From the NCBI GenBank assembly GCA_038247725.1, contig JBBRUO010000001.1:1-51643 (forward strand): a stretch of DNA of 51,643 nt. Direction: 5' to 3'. A model generated the notes under the pieces. It searched no databases and was not told the origin of the DNA. It saw nothing but the letters and a program-made list of their open reading frames with translations. Positions 26,061 through 34,781 of the stretch are shown piece by piece. A program made the translations under genes and the position numbers. Positions within the stretch are counted from its first letter, which is position 1. Every line of letters starts with the position of its first letter. This DNA is from Gemmatales bacterium. Its GTDB lineage: Bacteria > Planctomycetota > Planctomycetia > Gemmatales > Gemmataceae.

Positions 26061-27353
26061 ATGCGTTTCCGGATCGCGTCCGTAATCAGTGCCCTGCTGG
26101 TGTCCGCCGTCACCCTTTCGGCCGCCGACTGGCCACAATGGCAGGGGCCGAACCGGGACGCCGTGTCCGGCGACACCGGGTTGCTGAAGTCCTGGCCGGC
26201 CGACGGCCCGAAACTGGACTGGAAGGTCGAAGACCCGAGCATCGTCGGCACCGGGTACGGCTCCCCGGCGGTGGTCGGCGACAAGGTGTTCATCCTCGGC
26301 GCGACCGGCGCGAAGAAGGACGCCAGCGAGTTCTGCACCTGCCTGAACGCGAAGGACGGGTCGAAGGTGTGGCAGACCCCACTCACAACCGCCAGCGGGA
26401 ACTTCAACGACGGCTGGGGCGGCGGTCCCCGCTCCACCCCGTCCGTGGACGGCGCGCTGCTCTACGTCCTCGGGGTGACCGGCGACCTGACCTGCCTGAC
26501 GACGGACAAGGGCGAAGTGAAGTGGACGAAGAACCTGGTCAAGGACTTCGGCGGCAAGATCCCCACCTGGGGGTACAGTGAGTCCCCGCTGGTGGACGGC
26601 GACCAGGTGGTCTGCACGCCGGGTGACGGCGGGGGGATGATCGCCCTCGACAAGAAGACCGGCAAGACCGTGTGGCAGTGCAAGGAGTTCAAGGACGGGG
26701 CCGGCTACTCGTCCGTCATCCCGACCGAAGTGGGTGGGGTGCGGCAGTACGTCCAGCAGACGATGGCGTCCGGCGTCGGAGTGCGGGCGACGGACGGGAA
26801 ACTGCTGTGGAAGGTGGGCGCGTCCGGCCGCCGTACCGCCGTCATCCCGACGCCCGTGGTGGCCGACGGGTACGCGTTCTTCACCGCCGGTTACGGGTTC
26901 GGCAGCGAATGCTTCAAGCTGGAGAAGGACGGCGACGGCACCAAGGCGACCAGCGTGTACCCGAAGACCACTTCCCTCATCAACAAGCAAGGCGGAGTCG
27001 TGCGGATCGGCGACTACCTGTACGGGCACTCGGAAGGCGGCGGCGGCGGCTGGGTGTGCTTCGACTTCAAGAAGGGCGGCGAGCCGCTGTGGAAGGACAA
27101 GGGGGTCGGCGGCATGGGGTCGATCAGCGCCGCCGACGGGATGCTGTACTGCTACGCCGAGAAGGACGGCACCGTCGCGCTGGTGAAGGTGACGCCCGAG
27201 AAGTACGACGAAGTGAGCCGGTTCAAGATCCCCAGCACCAGCAAGCTGCGTCCGGGGTCGGGGAAGGTGTGGGCACACCCGGTCATCGCCAACGGCAAAC
27301 TGTACCTCCGCGACTACGAGAAGCTGTTCGTTTTCGACGTGTCGGCGAAGTGA
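26061..27353 (+). CDS. Secreted PQQ-like (BamB-like) beta-propeller repeat protein
   Basis: The start is trimmed to the ATG at 26061 (signal MRFRIASVISALLVSAVTLSAADWPQWQGPNRD, a typical planctomycete propeller N-terminus). Repeated motifs of the form G.LY..G..G.L.CLD..TG...W are present. Confidence 0.85.
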   Translation: MRFRIASVISALLVSAVTLSAADWPQWQGPNRDAVSGDTGLLKSWPADGPKLDWKVEDPSIVGTGYGSPAVVGDKVFILGATGAKKDASEFCTCLNAKDGSKVWQTPLTTASGNFNDGWGGGPRSTPSVDGALLYVLGVTGDLTCLTTDKGEVKWTKNLVKDFGGKIPTWGYSESPLVDGDQVVCTPGDGGGMIALDKKTGKTVWQCKEFKDGAGYSSVIPTEVGGVRQYVQQTMASGVGVRATDGKLLWKVGASGRRTAVIPTPVVADGYAFFTAGYGFGSECFKLEKDGDGTKATSVYPKTTSLINKQGGVVRIGDYLYGHSEGGGGGWVCFDFKKGGEPLWKDKGVGGMGSISAADGMLYCYAEKDGTVALVKVTPEKYDEVSRFKIPSTSKLRPGSGKVWAHPVIANGKLYLRDYEKLFVFDVSAK

Positions 27354-27514
27354 CATCTTCGGGAGGGCGAGGCTCCCGCCGAGCCAACGTGATTCGCGGC
27401 TCGGCGGGAGTCTCGCCCTCCCAAAACAGATTCGCGCCGGAATCGCCTGTAAGCCCGGCCCGTCGCCCGTGGTACAGCACCGCGGGCGGCGTCGTTTTTC
27501 CCGCGAGGGGCGCG

Positions 27515-28732
27515 ATGGCATCGTCCGACCAACTGACGCGACTCCGCGCCGTCCCCGTCTCCGCCTTCTACCGCGCGAAAGGGGTGGACCCCGCCGCCGT
27601 ACGAACGCCGGACGAGTTCCGCCGACTGCCGCTCACGACGAAGGCCGAGTTAGTCGCGGATCAGGCGGCGCACCCGCCCTACGGGTCGAACCACTCCGGG
27701 ACACTGGCCGACTACGGCCGCGTCCACCAGACATCGGGCACCAGCACCGGCCGGCCGCTGAAGTGGCTGGACACCCCCGCGAGTTGGAGCTGGCTGCTCG
27801 ACTGCTGGGCCGACGGGTTCGCCGACGACATCGGCGTTCGGCCAGATGACCGGGTGTTTTTCCCGTTCTCGTTCGGGCCGTTCCTGGGGTTCTGGGCCGG
27901 GTTCGAGGCGCTCGCCCGACGGGGGACGTGGGTGATCCCCGGCGGCGGCATGACGACCGCCGCGCGACTGCGATACCTGCTCGAACACGCGGCGACGATG
28001 GTGTGTTGTACCCCGACTTACGCCCTGCACCTGGCCGAAGTGGCGGCGGCGGAAGGGCTGAATCTGACCGACTCGCCGGTGCGGGCGGTGGTGGTCGCGG
28101 GCGAACCGGGCGGCAGCATCCCGGCGACCCGAACCCTGATCGAAACCGCCTGGGGCGCGCGGCTGTTCGACCACTACGGCCTCACCGAGGTCGGGCCGGT
28201 CGCCTTCGAAACCATCCAGACACCCGGCCGACTTCGCGTGCAGACGGACCGGTTCATCGTGGAGTGTCTGGAGCCGGACTCCGACCGCGACGTGCCGCCC
28301 GGCGAAGTCGGCGAGTTGATCGTCACGAACCTCGGCCGGCACGGGTCGCCGCTGATCCGCTACCGCACCGGGGATCTGGTGAAGCTGACGGAAAGCGCCG
28401 CCGGCACCTACCTCGACGGTGGCGTGCTGGGGCGGGTGGATGATATGATCCATGTCCGCGGGAATAACGTGTACCCGGCGGCCGTGGAGGCGATCGTGCG
28501 GCGGTTCCCCGACGTGGCCGAGTTCCGTATCGTGATCGACACCGCCCGCCCGCTGGCCGACTTGCGGCTGGACGTGGAGCCGACACCGACCGCCGACGCC
28601 GGCCGCGTGTGCGCGGCGGTCGCCGACGCCATCCAAAACGACCTGCTGTTCCGCGCCGCCGTCACCGCCGTCCCGCCCGGCACGCTGCCCCGATTCGAGA
28701 TGAAGGCGAAGCGGGTGGTGAAGGTCGGCTGA
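27515..28732 (+). CDS. Phenylacetate-CoA ligase (PaaK) / coenzyme F390 synthetase family adenylate-forming enzyme
   Basis: 405 aa from the ATG at 27515. AMP-binding core: HQTSGTSTGRPLKW. Other blocks: VVAGEPGG, FDHYGLTEVGPV, and RYRTGDL...GRVDDMIHVRGNNVYP. Confidence 0.85.
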   Translation: MASSDQLTRLRAVPVSAFYRAKGVDPAAVRTPDEFRRLPLTTKAELVADQAAHPPYGSNHSGTLADYGRVHQTSGTSTGRPLKWLDTPASWSWLLDCWADGFADDIGVRPDDRVFFPFSFGPFLGFWAGFEALARRGTWVIPGGGMTTAARLRYLLEHAATMVCCTPTYALHLAEVAAAEGLNLTDSPVRAVVVAGEPGGSIPATRTLIETAWGARLFDHYGLTEVGPVAFETIQTPGRLRVQTDRFIVECLEPDSDRDVPPGEVGELIVTNLGRHGSPLIRYRTGDLVKLTESAAGTYLDGGVLGRVDDMIHVRGNNVYPAAVEAIVRRFPDVAEFRIVIDTARPLADLRLDVEPTPTADAGRVCAAVADAIQNDLLFRAAVTAVPPGTLPRFEMKAKRVVKVG

Positions 28733-28750
28733 CCCGTGCTCGTGTGGGTT

Positions 28751-28823
28751 TTGTTAACCCGCCGCGCGAGCAAGGGCCAACCCCATAAGCGGTTCGCCCC
28801 TTGTTCGCGCGGCGGGCTAACAA
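28751..28823. repeat. Imperfect inverted repeat upstream of the second propeller gene
   Basis: TTGTTAACCCGCCGCGCGAGCAAGGG (28751..28776) against CCCTTGTTCGCGCGGCGGGCTAACAA (28798..28823) gives 26-nt arms with 2 mismatches and a 21-nt spacer. It could be a terminator for the ligase gene or an operator. Confidence 0.45.
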
Positions 28824-28854
28824 AACCATCACCTTCCCGACCCGGAGACTCTCC

Positions 28855-31173
28855 ATGACACGCTGGCTGCTGCCGCTTTTCCTTCTCGTGGTCGCGGTGC
28901 CCGCCGCCTCCGCCGCCGACTGGACCCACTGGCGCGGGCCGGAACAGGACGGCGACGCCGGGAAGGTCGGCCTGCCCGACACCTTCGACCTGTCCAAGGT
29001 GGGCGCGGGCAACCTGATCTGGAAACAGCCGTATGGCGGCCGCTCCGCCCCCATCGCGCTGGACGGCAAACTGTACGTCATGAACGGGTACGACCCGCGA
29101 CTGTCCACCGAGGGCGAGCAGATCCTCTGCCTCGACGCGGCCACCGGCAAGAAGGAGTGGGAGTTCAAGTTCGGCGTGTTCCACTCGGACATCGTCACCA
29201 GCCGCCTGGGGTGGACGACCCTGACGGCCGACCCGGACGCCGGCACCGTCTTCGCCCACACCACCGGCGGCTTCCTGTTCTGCCTCGACGCCAAAACGGG
29301 CAAGGTCGTGTGGCAGCGGCAACTGACCGAGGAGTTCGGCCGCATCACCGGGTACGGCGGGCGGATCTCGTCCCCCATCTTCGACAGCGGCCTCGTCATC
29401 GTCGGCATCGTCAACGGCAGTTGGGGCGACAACGCCCGCCCCGGCAACCGCTTCTACGCCTTCGACGGCAAGACCGGCAAGGTGGTGTGGATCCAGGAAG
29501 TGACCACCCCGCAGCGGCCCATCTTCGGCACTTACTCGTCGAACCCGGTCATCGCCGTCATCAACGGCCAGCGGCTGCTCATCAGCGGCGGGGCCAACGG
29601 CGTACTGCACGCACTGAAGGTCCGCACCGGCGAAATCGTGTGGCAGTACCACTTCGCCGCCGGGTGCATTAACCCGTCGCCGGTGGTGAGCGGCGACCTC
29701 GTGTACTGCTGCCACGGCGAGCCGAACCCGGAAGGCGGCGGCGAGGGGCGGGTGATCTGCCTGGACGCCGGCAAAGTGACCGACGGGAAGCCGAAACTGG
29801 TGTGGGAGTACAAGCGGGCGAACCGGTTCGGGCTGGCCTCCCCGGCCCTGCACGACGGCCGGCTGTACGTCCCCGACGACGGCGGCGAGCTGTTCTGCTT
29901 CAACGCCAAGACCGGCAAGGTGCTGTGGAAGTACAAGTACGGCACCGTCGCCCGCGGCGCGCCGCTCATCGCCGACGGCCGCCTCTACATCTTCGAAGTG
30001 TTCTCCAAGATGACCGTCCTGAAGAAGTTGACCGACGAGGAGCCGGAGGACGACGACATCGAGGAGTTCCGGTTCCGGGCCAAGTCCGGCACCGGCCTGC
30101 TGGAAACCAACGCCACCCCCATCGCGGTGGACGGCAAACTGTACTTCCAGACCGCCGAGGACACCTACTGCGTCGGGAGCAAGGCGAAAGCGTCGGCCCC
30201 GGTTTACAAGCCGCTGCCGCCGGAGACGCCGTCGGACGGCAAAGTGGCGGGCGTCCGGCTGTTCCCGGCGGACCTGAGCGCGAAGCCGGGCGAGAAGGTG
30301 ACATTCGAGGTGGTGTATTACGACGCCAACGGCCGCACCGTGAAGGCCGAGCCGAAGGGGACGTGGGCACTGGCCCTGCCGCCGAAGACGCCGACCGGGG
30401 CGCAACCGCCGGCGCTGGCGGGCAAACTGGACGCCGGCACCCTGACCGTCGCCGCGATGCCGCCCAGCCAGCAAGGGTATGTGGACTACACCAGCGGCCC
30501 GCTGACGGCCCGCGCTCGCGTCCGCGTGGCGGCCGAAATCCCGTACAAGCAGGACTTCGAGAAAAGCCCGGTGGGCAGCGCCCCCGGCGGGTGGGTGAAC
30601 GTCACCGGCAAGTACAACGTGGTGGAACTGAAGGACGGCGACACGACGGCCAAAGTGCTGAGCAAGGTGAACACCAACCCGCTGCCGGGCGTCGCCCGCG
30701 CCATCTCGTACATCACCCCGCCGACCAGCACCGGGTACGCCATCCAGGTGGACGTCCGCGCCACCGAGGTGGCCGAGAAACTGCCCGACATGGGCGTGGT
30801 GGCGAACCGCTACCTGTTCACGCTGGACGGCAAGCCGGACCCGGCGGCGAACGGCCAGACCACGTTCCGGGTCGTCACCTGGGAGGCCCGCAACCGCATC
30901 AACGTCGGCGTCCCGTTCCCGTGGAAGCCGGGCACCTGGTACACCGTCAAGGCGACCGTCGAGGTGGCCGGCGGCAAAGCCGTGGTGAAGGGCAAGGCGT
31001 GGCCGCGGGGAACGCCGGAGCCGGAGAAGTGGACCCTGGAGCACACCGACGAGAACCCGAACGTGGAAGGGGCCGCCGCCATCTACGGCTACGTCCCCAA
31101 CGCCAGCCAGGCCGTCCCCGGCTCGAACATCTACTACGACAACCTGATCATCACTCCGAACGCGAAGAAGTGA
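28855..31173 (+). CDS. Secreted PQQ-like beta-propeller repeat protein with large C-terminal beta-rich domain
   Basis: The start is trimmed to the ATG at 28855 (MTRWLLPLFLLVVAVPAASAADWTHWRGPEQDG). Propeller repeats occupy the first ~430 aa. A C-terminal region of about 340 aa ends ...SNIYYDNLIITPN and may be a jelly-roll/lectin-like fold. Confidence 0.8.
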   Translation: MTRWLLPLFLLVVAVPAASAADWTHWRGPEQDGDAGKVGLPDTFDLSKVGAGNLIWKQPYGGRSAPIALDGKLYVMNGYDPRLSTEGEQILCLDAATGKKEWEFKFGVFHSDIVTSRLGWTTLTADPDAGTVFAHTTGGFLFCLDAKTGKVVWQRQLTEEFGRITGYGGRISSPIFDSGLVIVGIVNGSWGDNARPGNRFYAFDGKTGKVVWIQEVTTPQRPIFGTYSSNPVIAVINGQRLLISGGANGVLHALKVRTGEIVWQYHFAAGCINPSPVVSGDLVYCCHGEPNPEGGGEGRVICLDAGKVTDGKPKLVWEYKRANRFGLASPALHDGRLYVPDDGGELFCFNAKTGKVLWKYKYGTVARGAPLIADGRLYIFEVFSKMTVLKKLTDEEPEDDDIEEFRFRAKSGTGLLETNATPIAVDGKLYFQTAEDTYCVGSKAKASAPVYKPLPPETPSDGKVAGVRLFPADLSAKPGEKVTFEVVYYDANGRTVKAEPKGTWALALPPKTPTGAQPPALAGKLDAGTLTVAAMPPSQQGYVDYTSGPLTARARVRVAAEIPYKQDFEKSPVGSAPGGWVNVTGKYNVVELKDGDTTAKVLSKVNTNPLPGVARAISYITPPTSTGYAIQVDVRATEVAEKLPDMGVVANRYLFTLDGKPDPAANGQTTFRVVTWEARNRINVGVPFPWKPGTWYTVKATVEVAGGKAVVKGKAWPRGTPEPEKWTLEHTDENPNVEGAAAIYGYVPNASQAVPGSNIYYDNLIITPNAKK

Positions 31174-31178
31174 CGGGG

Positions 31179-31370
31179 TCTTCCGGCCTGAAGGGCCGGT
31201 TCTACTAGCCCAGGCCGTGAGGCCTGGGGTTATGGTCGAACAAAAACCCCGGCCCTGAAAGGGCCGTTCGTGGCTCGCCGTGAATGACCCTTTCAGGGCC
31301 GGGGGTGGAACGGACGGGTACCCAGGCCTCACGGCCTGGGCTAGTAGAACCGGCCCTTCAGGCCGGAAGA
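31179..31370. repeat. Nested giant palindrome (49-50-bp perfect arms)
   Basis: 31180..31228 (CTTCCGGCCTGAAGGGCCGGTTCTACTAGCCCAGGCCGTGAGGCCTGGG) is the exact reverse complement of 31321..31369, and T31179:A31370 adds one more pair. An inner 17-bp inverted repeat is CCCCGGCCCTGAAAGGG (31247..31263) with CCCTTTCAGGGCCGGGG (31288..31304). Each arm also contains local hairpins (CCGGCC..GGCCGG and CCCAGGCC-GTGA-GGCCTGGG). Confidence 0.9.
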
Positions 31371-31423
31371 ATTGAGCCGCTGAACATCGTAACGTCTCCC
31401 CCATTCAACAAAGGGACATCCCC

Positions 31424-33178
31424 ATGACATCCTGTCCGTGTGTCGCCCGCGCCACCCGCCTCGGCGCACTGCTGCTCGCCCTCGGCGTCCTCGCCGGGGC
31501 CGGGTTGGTCTTCTCCCAAGCTCAAGACCCGCCGAAGCCGGCCGCCGGCAAGACCGACGCCCCCATGTTCGGCAACGGCCCCGGCCGAAACATGGTGAAC
31601 CTGACCGACACCAACATCCCGGACAAGCCAGACCCGAAGGACGCGAGCGTGCTGAAGTGGAAGGCGGAACTGGGCAGCCGCGCCTACGGCGGCCCGGTGA
31701 TCGCCAACGGTAAGGTCCTCGTCGGCACCAACAACGAGCGGCCCCGCAACCCCCGCGACATCAAGAAAGGGCCGGACGGCGACGAGCCGCTCGATAAGGG
31801 TGTGGTCATGTGCTTCGATACGGCGAACGGCCAGTTCCTGTGGCAGGCCATCCACGACAAACTGCCGGACAAGTTCGCCAAGGACTGGCCGAAGGAAGGC
31901 GTCTGCGCCACCCCGCTGATCGACGGCGACCGGGTGTATTACACGTCCAACCGCTGTGTCCTCCTGTGCCTCGACCTGAACGGGTACAAGAAAGGGCTGA
32001 AGCCGCTGGAGAACCACGACGCCAAGAACAAGGACGCCGTCTACGCCACCCCCACCGACGCCGGTGTGGTGTGGGAACTGGACATGATTAATGAGCTGGG
32101 CGTGGCCCCGCACAACATGACCGCCGCCAGCCCGCTGCTGGTCGGGGACATCCTGTACATCACCACCGCCAACGGGGTGGACGAGAACCACACCAACATC
32201 CCGGCCCCGAACGCCCCCAGCTTTCTGGCGGTGGACAAGAACACCGGTAAGGTGCTGTGGAAAAAGAACGACCCCGGCACGGCCATCATGCACGGGCAGT
32301 GGTCGAACCCGGCCTACGCCGACGCCGGCGGGGCCAAGCAGGTGATCTTCCCCGGCGGCGACGGGTGGCTGTACGCCTACGCCCCCGTCACCGGCGAGCT
32401 GTTGTGGAAGTTCGACGCCAACCCGAAGAACGCCGTGTACGACTTGGGTGGGGCCGGCACCAAGAGCGACTTCATCGGCACCCCGGTGATCGTCGGCGAC
32501 AAGTTGTACATCGGCACTGGTCAGGACCCCGAGCACTTCACCGGCGTCGCCCACTTCTACTGCATCGACCTGACCAAGGCCGTGGCCAACGGCAAGACGA
32601 ACAAGGACGTGTCGCCGGAGGTGGTGGACAAAGTGACGAAAGGCGAGGACGGAAAGGACCAGTTCACCGGCAAGCCGAACCCGAACTCGGCCGTCGCCTG
32701 GCACTACGGCGGGCGGGACGACCGGAAGTTCGTCCCCCGCGATTTCAATTTCGGCCGCACCATGAGCAGCGCCTGCGTGGTGGATGGCATCGTCTACATC
32801 TCGGAGTTGTCCGGTTATCTGCACTGCCTGGACGCCAAGACGGGCAAGAAGTACTGGCAGTACGACTGCAAGGGGGCCATCTGGGGGTCGCCGTACTACG
32901 TGGACGGCAAGGTGTACCTGGCCACTGAGGGGGCCGACTTGTTCGTGTTCAAGCACTCCAAGACGCCGAAGGAGATCGACGAACTGGTCAACCCCGACGC
33001 GGCCGACCAGAAGTCGTACAACACCCAGATGAAGGCCAAGCGGAAGCAGGTGGAGGCAGAAGTCCTGATCGCCAAGATCGAGTTCGACGCGGCCATCCGC
33101 AGCACCCCGGTGGCGGCCAACGGCGTCCTGTACGTGATGACCGAGAACGCCCTGTTCGCGTTCGAGAAGAAGAAGTGA
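31424..33178 (+). CDS. Secreted PQQ-like beta-propeller repeat protein
   Basis: 584 aa with an N-terminal hydrophobic signal (LGALLLALGVLAGAGLVFSQA). It has repeated propeller motifs (G.VY....G.L.CLD..TGK..W) and a C-terminal ANGVLYVMTENALFAF. Confidence 0.8.
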   Translation: MTSCPCVARATRLGALLLALGVLAGAGLVFSQAQDPPKPAAGKTDAPMFGNGPGRNMVNLTDTNIPDKPDPKDASVLKWKAELGSRAYGGPVIANGKVLVGTNNERPRNPRDIKKGPDGDEPLDKGVVMCFDTANGQFLWQAIHDKLPDKFAKDWPKEGVCATPLIDGDRVYYTSNRCVLLCLDLNGYKKGLKPLENHDAKNKDAVYATPTDAGVVWELDMINELGVAPHNMTAASPLLVGDILYITTANGVDENHTNIPAPNAPSFLAVDKNTGKVLWKKNDPGTAIMHGQWSNPAYADAGGAKQVIFPGGDGWLYAYAPVTGELLWKFDANPKNAVYDLGGAGTKSDFIGTPVIVGDKLYIGTGQDPEHFTGVAHFYCIDLTKAVANGKTNKDVSPEVVDKVTKGEDGKDQFTGKPNPNSAVAWHYGGRDDRKFVPRDFNFGRTMSSACVVDGIVYISELSGYLHCLDAKTGKKYWQYDCKGAIWGSPYYVDGKVYLATEGADLFVFKHSKTPKEIDELVNPDAADQKSYNTQMKAKRKQVEAEVLIAKIEFDAAIRSTPVAANGVLYVMTENALFAFEKKK

Positions 33179-33218
33179 GACGGCGAACCGACGGGTCGCG
33201 ACTCCAGCGCGGAAGAAC

Positions 33219-33252
33219 GCCCACCACGCTCGTGGTGGGCTTTTTTCGTTTT
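33219..33252 (+). terminator. Rho-independent terminator after the third propeller gene
   Basis: GCCCACCACG (33219..33228) pairs with CGTGGTGGGC (33231..33240) and is followed by TTTTTTCGTTTT. Confidence 0.75.
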
Positions 33253-33314
33253 CCCCGCCTACAAAGTACGGTAACAGACGTGACCCCCGCCTCCCCGACA
33301 GGACACCTCCCGCG

Positions 33315-34499
33315 ATGAAAGACACTCCCGGCAAGCCGGACCCCGTCACCGGCTCCACCCTCGACGAACGGATCGCCAACGCCCGCGCCCAACTGGACGC
33401 CCACGTCCGCGACATCGTCCGCTGGCACTTCACCCCGGACACCGGCACCCCGTTCTGGCTGGAAAAGGCCAAGGAGTTCACGTTCGACCCGCTCACCGAG
33501 GTGAACGGCTGGGACGACATCAAGAAGTTCCCCATCTTCGAGGACGACTGGCTGCGCGGCGGGCCGGTGCGGAAGTGGGTGCCGAAGGGGTACGCCGACC
33601 GCCCAGTGTACGTGTTCGAGACGGGCGGCACCACCGGCCTGCCGAAGTCCCGCATCGTCATCGACGACTTCAAGATCGACTACGAAATGATGTCCGACAC
33701 GCTGCCGGAGAAGTCGTTCCCGAAGGGCGGCAACTGGCTCATGCTGGGGCCGTCCGGCCCGCGCCGGCTGCGGCTGGCCATCGAGCATTTGGCGCAGTAC
33801 CGCGGCGGCATCTGCTTCGCCATCGACCTCGACCCGCGTTACGTGGTGAAGTGCATCAAGGCGCGGAAGATCGCCGAGGCGAACGCCTACAAGGAACACT
33901 GCATCGACCAGGCGATTACCGTGCTGGCCGGCGGGCACGACATCAAGTGCATGTTCACCACCCCGAAGCTGCTGGCCGCGTTCGACGAGGCGCTGCGGGC
34001 CGGCAAGTTGGAGGCGAAGTACCGGGAGTTGAAGAAGCCGATCCCGCCGGGCGGGCTGACCACCATCAAGAGCACCGGCATCACCGGCATCTTCAGCGGC
34101 GGCACCGAGTTCACCCCGGACTTCACCCGCGAGGCCTATGAGGAGATGCTGGACAACGGTGAAGTGTACATGACTCCGACCTACGGGAACACCCTGATGG
34201 GGCTGGCGTGCAGCAAGCCCATCGGCCCGCACGACGGGTTCAAGATCAGCTACTACGCCCCGCAACCCCGCGCCGTCATCGAGGTGGTGAACCCGAAGGA
34301 CTTCGACGAGCTGGTGCCCTACGGCGGCACCGGCCGGGTGCTGCTGTCCACGTTCACCAAAGAGTTTTTCGTGCCGCGCTTCCCGGAACGAGACGAGGGC
34401 GAGCGGGAGAAGCCGTTCGACAAGTACCCGTGGGACGGCGTCAGCGGCGTCCGCCCGTTCGCCGAGTTGTCCGGCGGCACCGTCGTCGGCGTGTACTGA
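33315..34499 (+). CDS. Adenylate-forming (ANL/PaaK-like) enzyme, divergent
   Basis: 394 aa. A P-loop-like AMP motif FETGGTTGLPKSR lies at the position of T[SG]GTTG.PK. Size and order are comparable to PaaK-like ligases, but the rest is divergent. Confidence 0.65.
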   Translation: MKDTPGKPDPVTGSTLDERIANARAQLDAHVRDIVRWHFTPDTGTPFWLEKAKEFTFDPLTEVNGWDDIKKFPIFEDDWLRGGPVRKWVPKGYADRPVYVFETGGTTGLPKSRIVIDDFKIDYEMMSDTLPEKSFPKGGNWLMLGPSGPRRLRLAIEHLAQYRGGICFAIDLDPRYVVKCIKARKIAEANAYKEHCIDQAITVLAGGHDIKCMFTTPKLLAAFDEALRAGKLEAKYRELKKPIPPGGLTTIKSTGITGIFSGGTEFTPDFTREAYEEMLDNGEVYMTPTYGNTLMGLACSKPIGPHDGFKISYYAPQPRAVIEVVNPKDFDELVPYGGTGRVLLSTFTKEFFVPRFPERDEGEREKPFDKYPWDGVSGVRPFAELSGGTVVGVY

Positions 34500-34525
34500 T
34501 TCGCGACTCGTGGTCAAGAATCTCA

Positions 34526-34554
34526 GCGAACCCGACTCCGCCAGTCGGGTTCGC
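34526..34554 (+). terminator. Stem-loop downstream of 33315..34499 (no T-tract)
   Basis: GCGAACCCGACT (34526..34537) pairs with AGTCGGGTTCGC (34543..34554), giving a 12-bp perfect stem and a 5-nt loop. Confidence 0.5.
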
Positions 34555-34588
34555 CGATGCCGAACGTCACATCTCCGCTCTCGCGCCC

Positions 34589-34618
34589 TTGACAAAGCGA
34601 TAGGTTCGGCCGTACACT
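34589..34618 (+). promoter_or_regulatory. Sigma70-like promoter candidate upstream of polA
   Basis: TTGACA (34589..34594), an 18-nt spacer, then TACACT (34613..34618), about 165 nt upstream of the polA ATG. Planctomycete promoter rules are poorly known, so confidence is low. Confidence 0.25.
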
Positions 34619-34781
34619 TCCCTCAATCATTGTCTAACGTCCGCCTGAACCGCTCCGGCCATTTTCCCCAGCGCGTCCCTGACCGTTTTCGGGGCCTTGG
34701 CCGGCGAATTGCATCCCACCCCGGTTCACGCGGATCGCCACAATCCCGGCCGCCGTCTCGCCCACCCCGGCGACCCGCCCG

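Noticed and set aside
26672-28732. 686-aa ORF suggesting a propeller-ligase fusion
   Set aside because: Its first ~280 residues are an off-frame R/G-rich reading of the propeller gene. The PaaK-like homology starts at the ATG at 27515.
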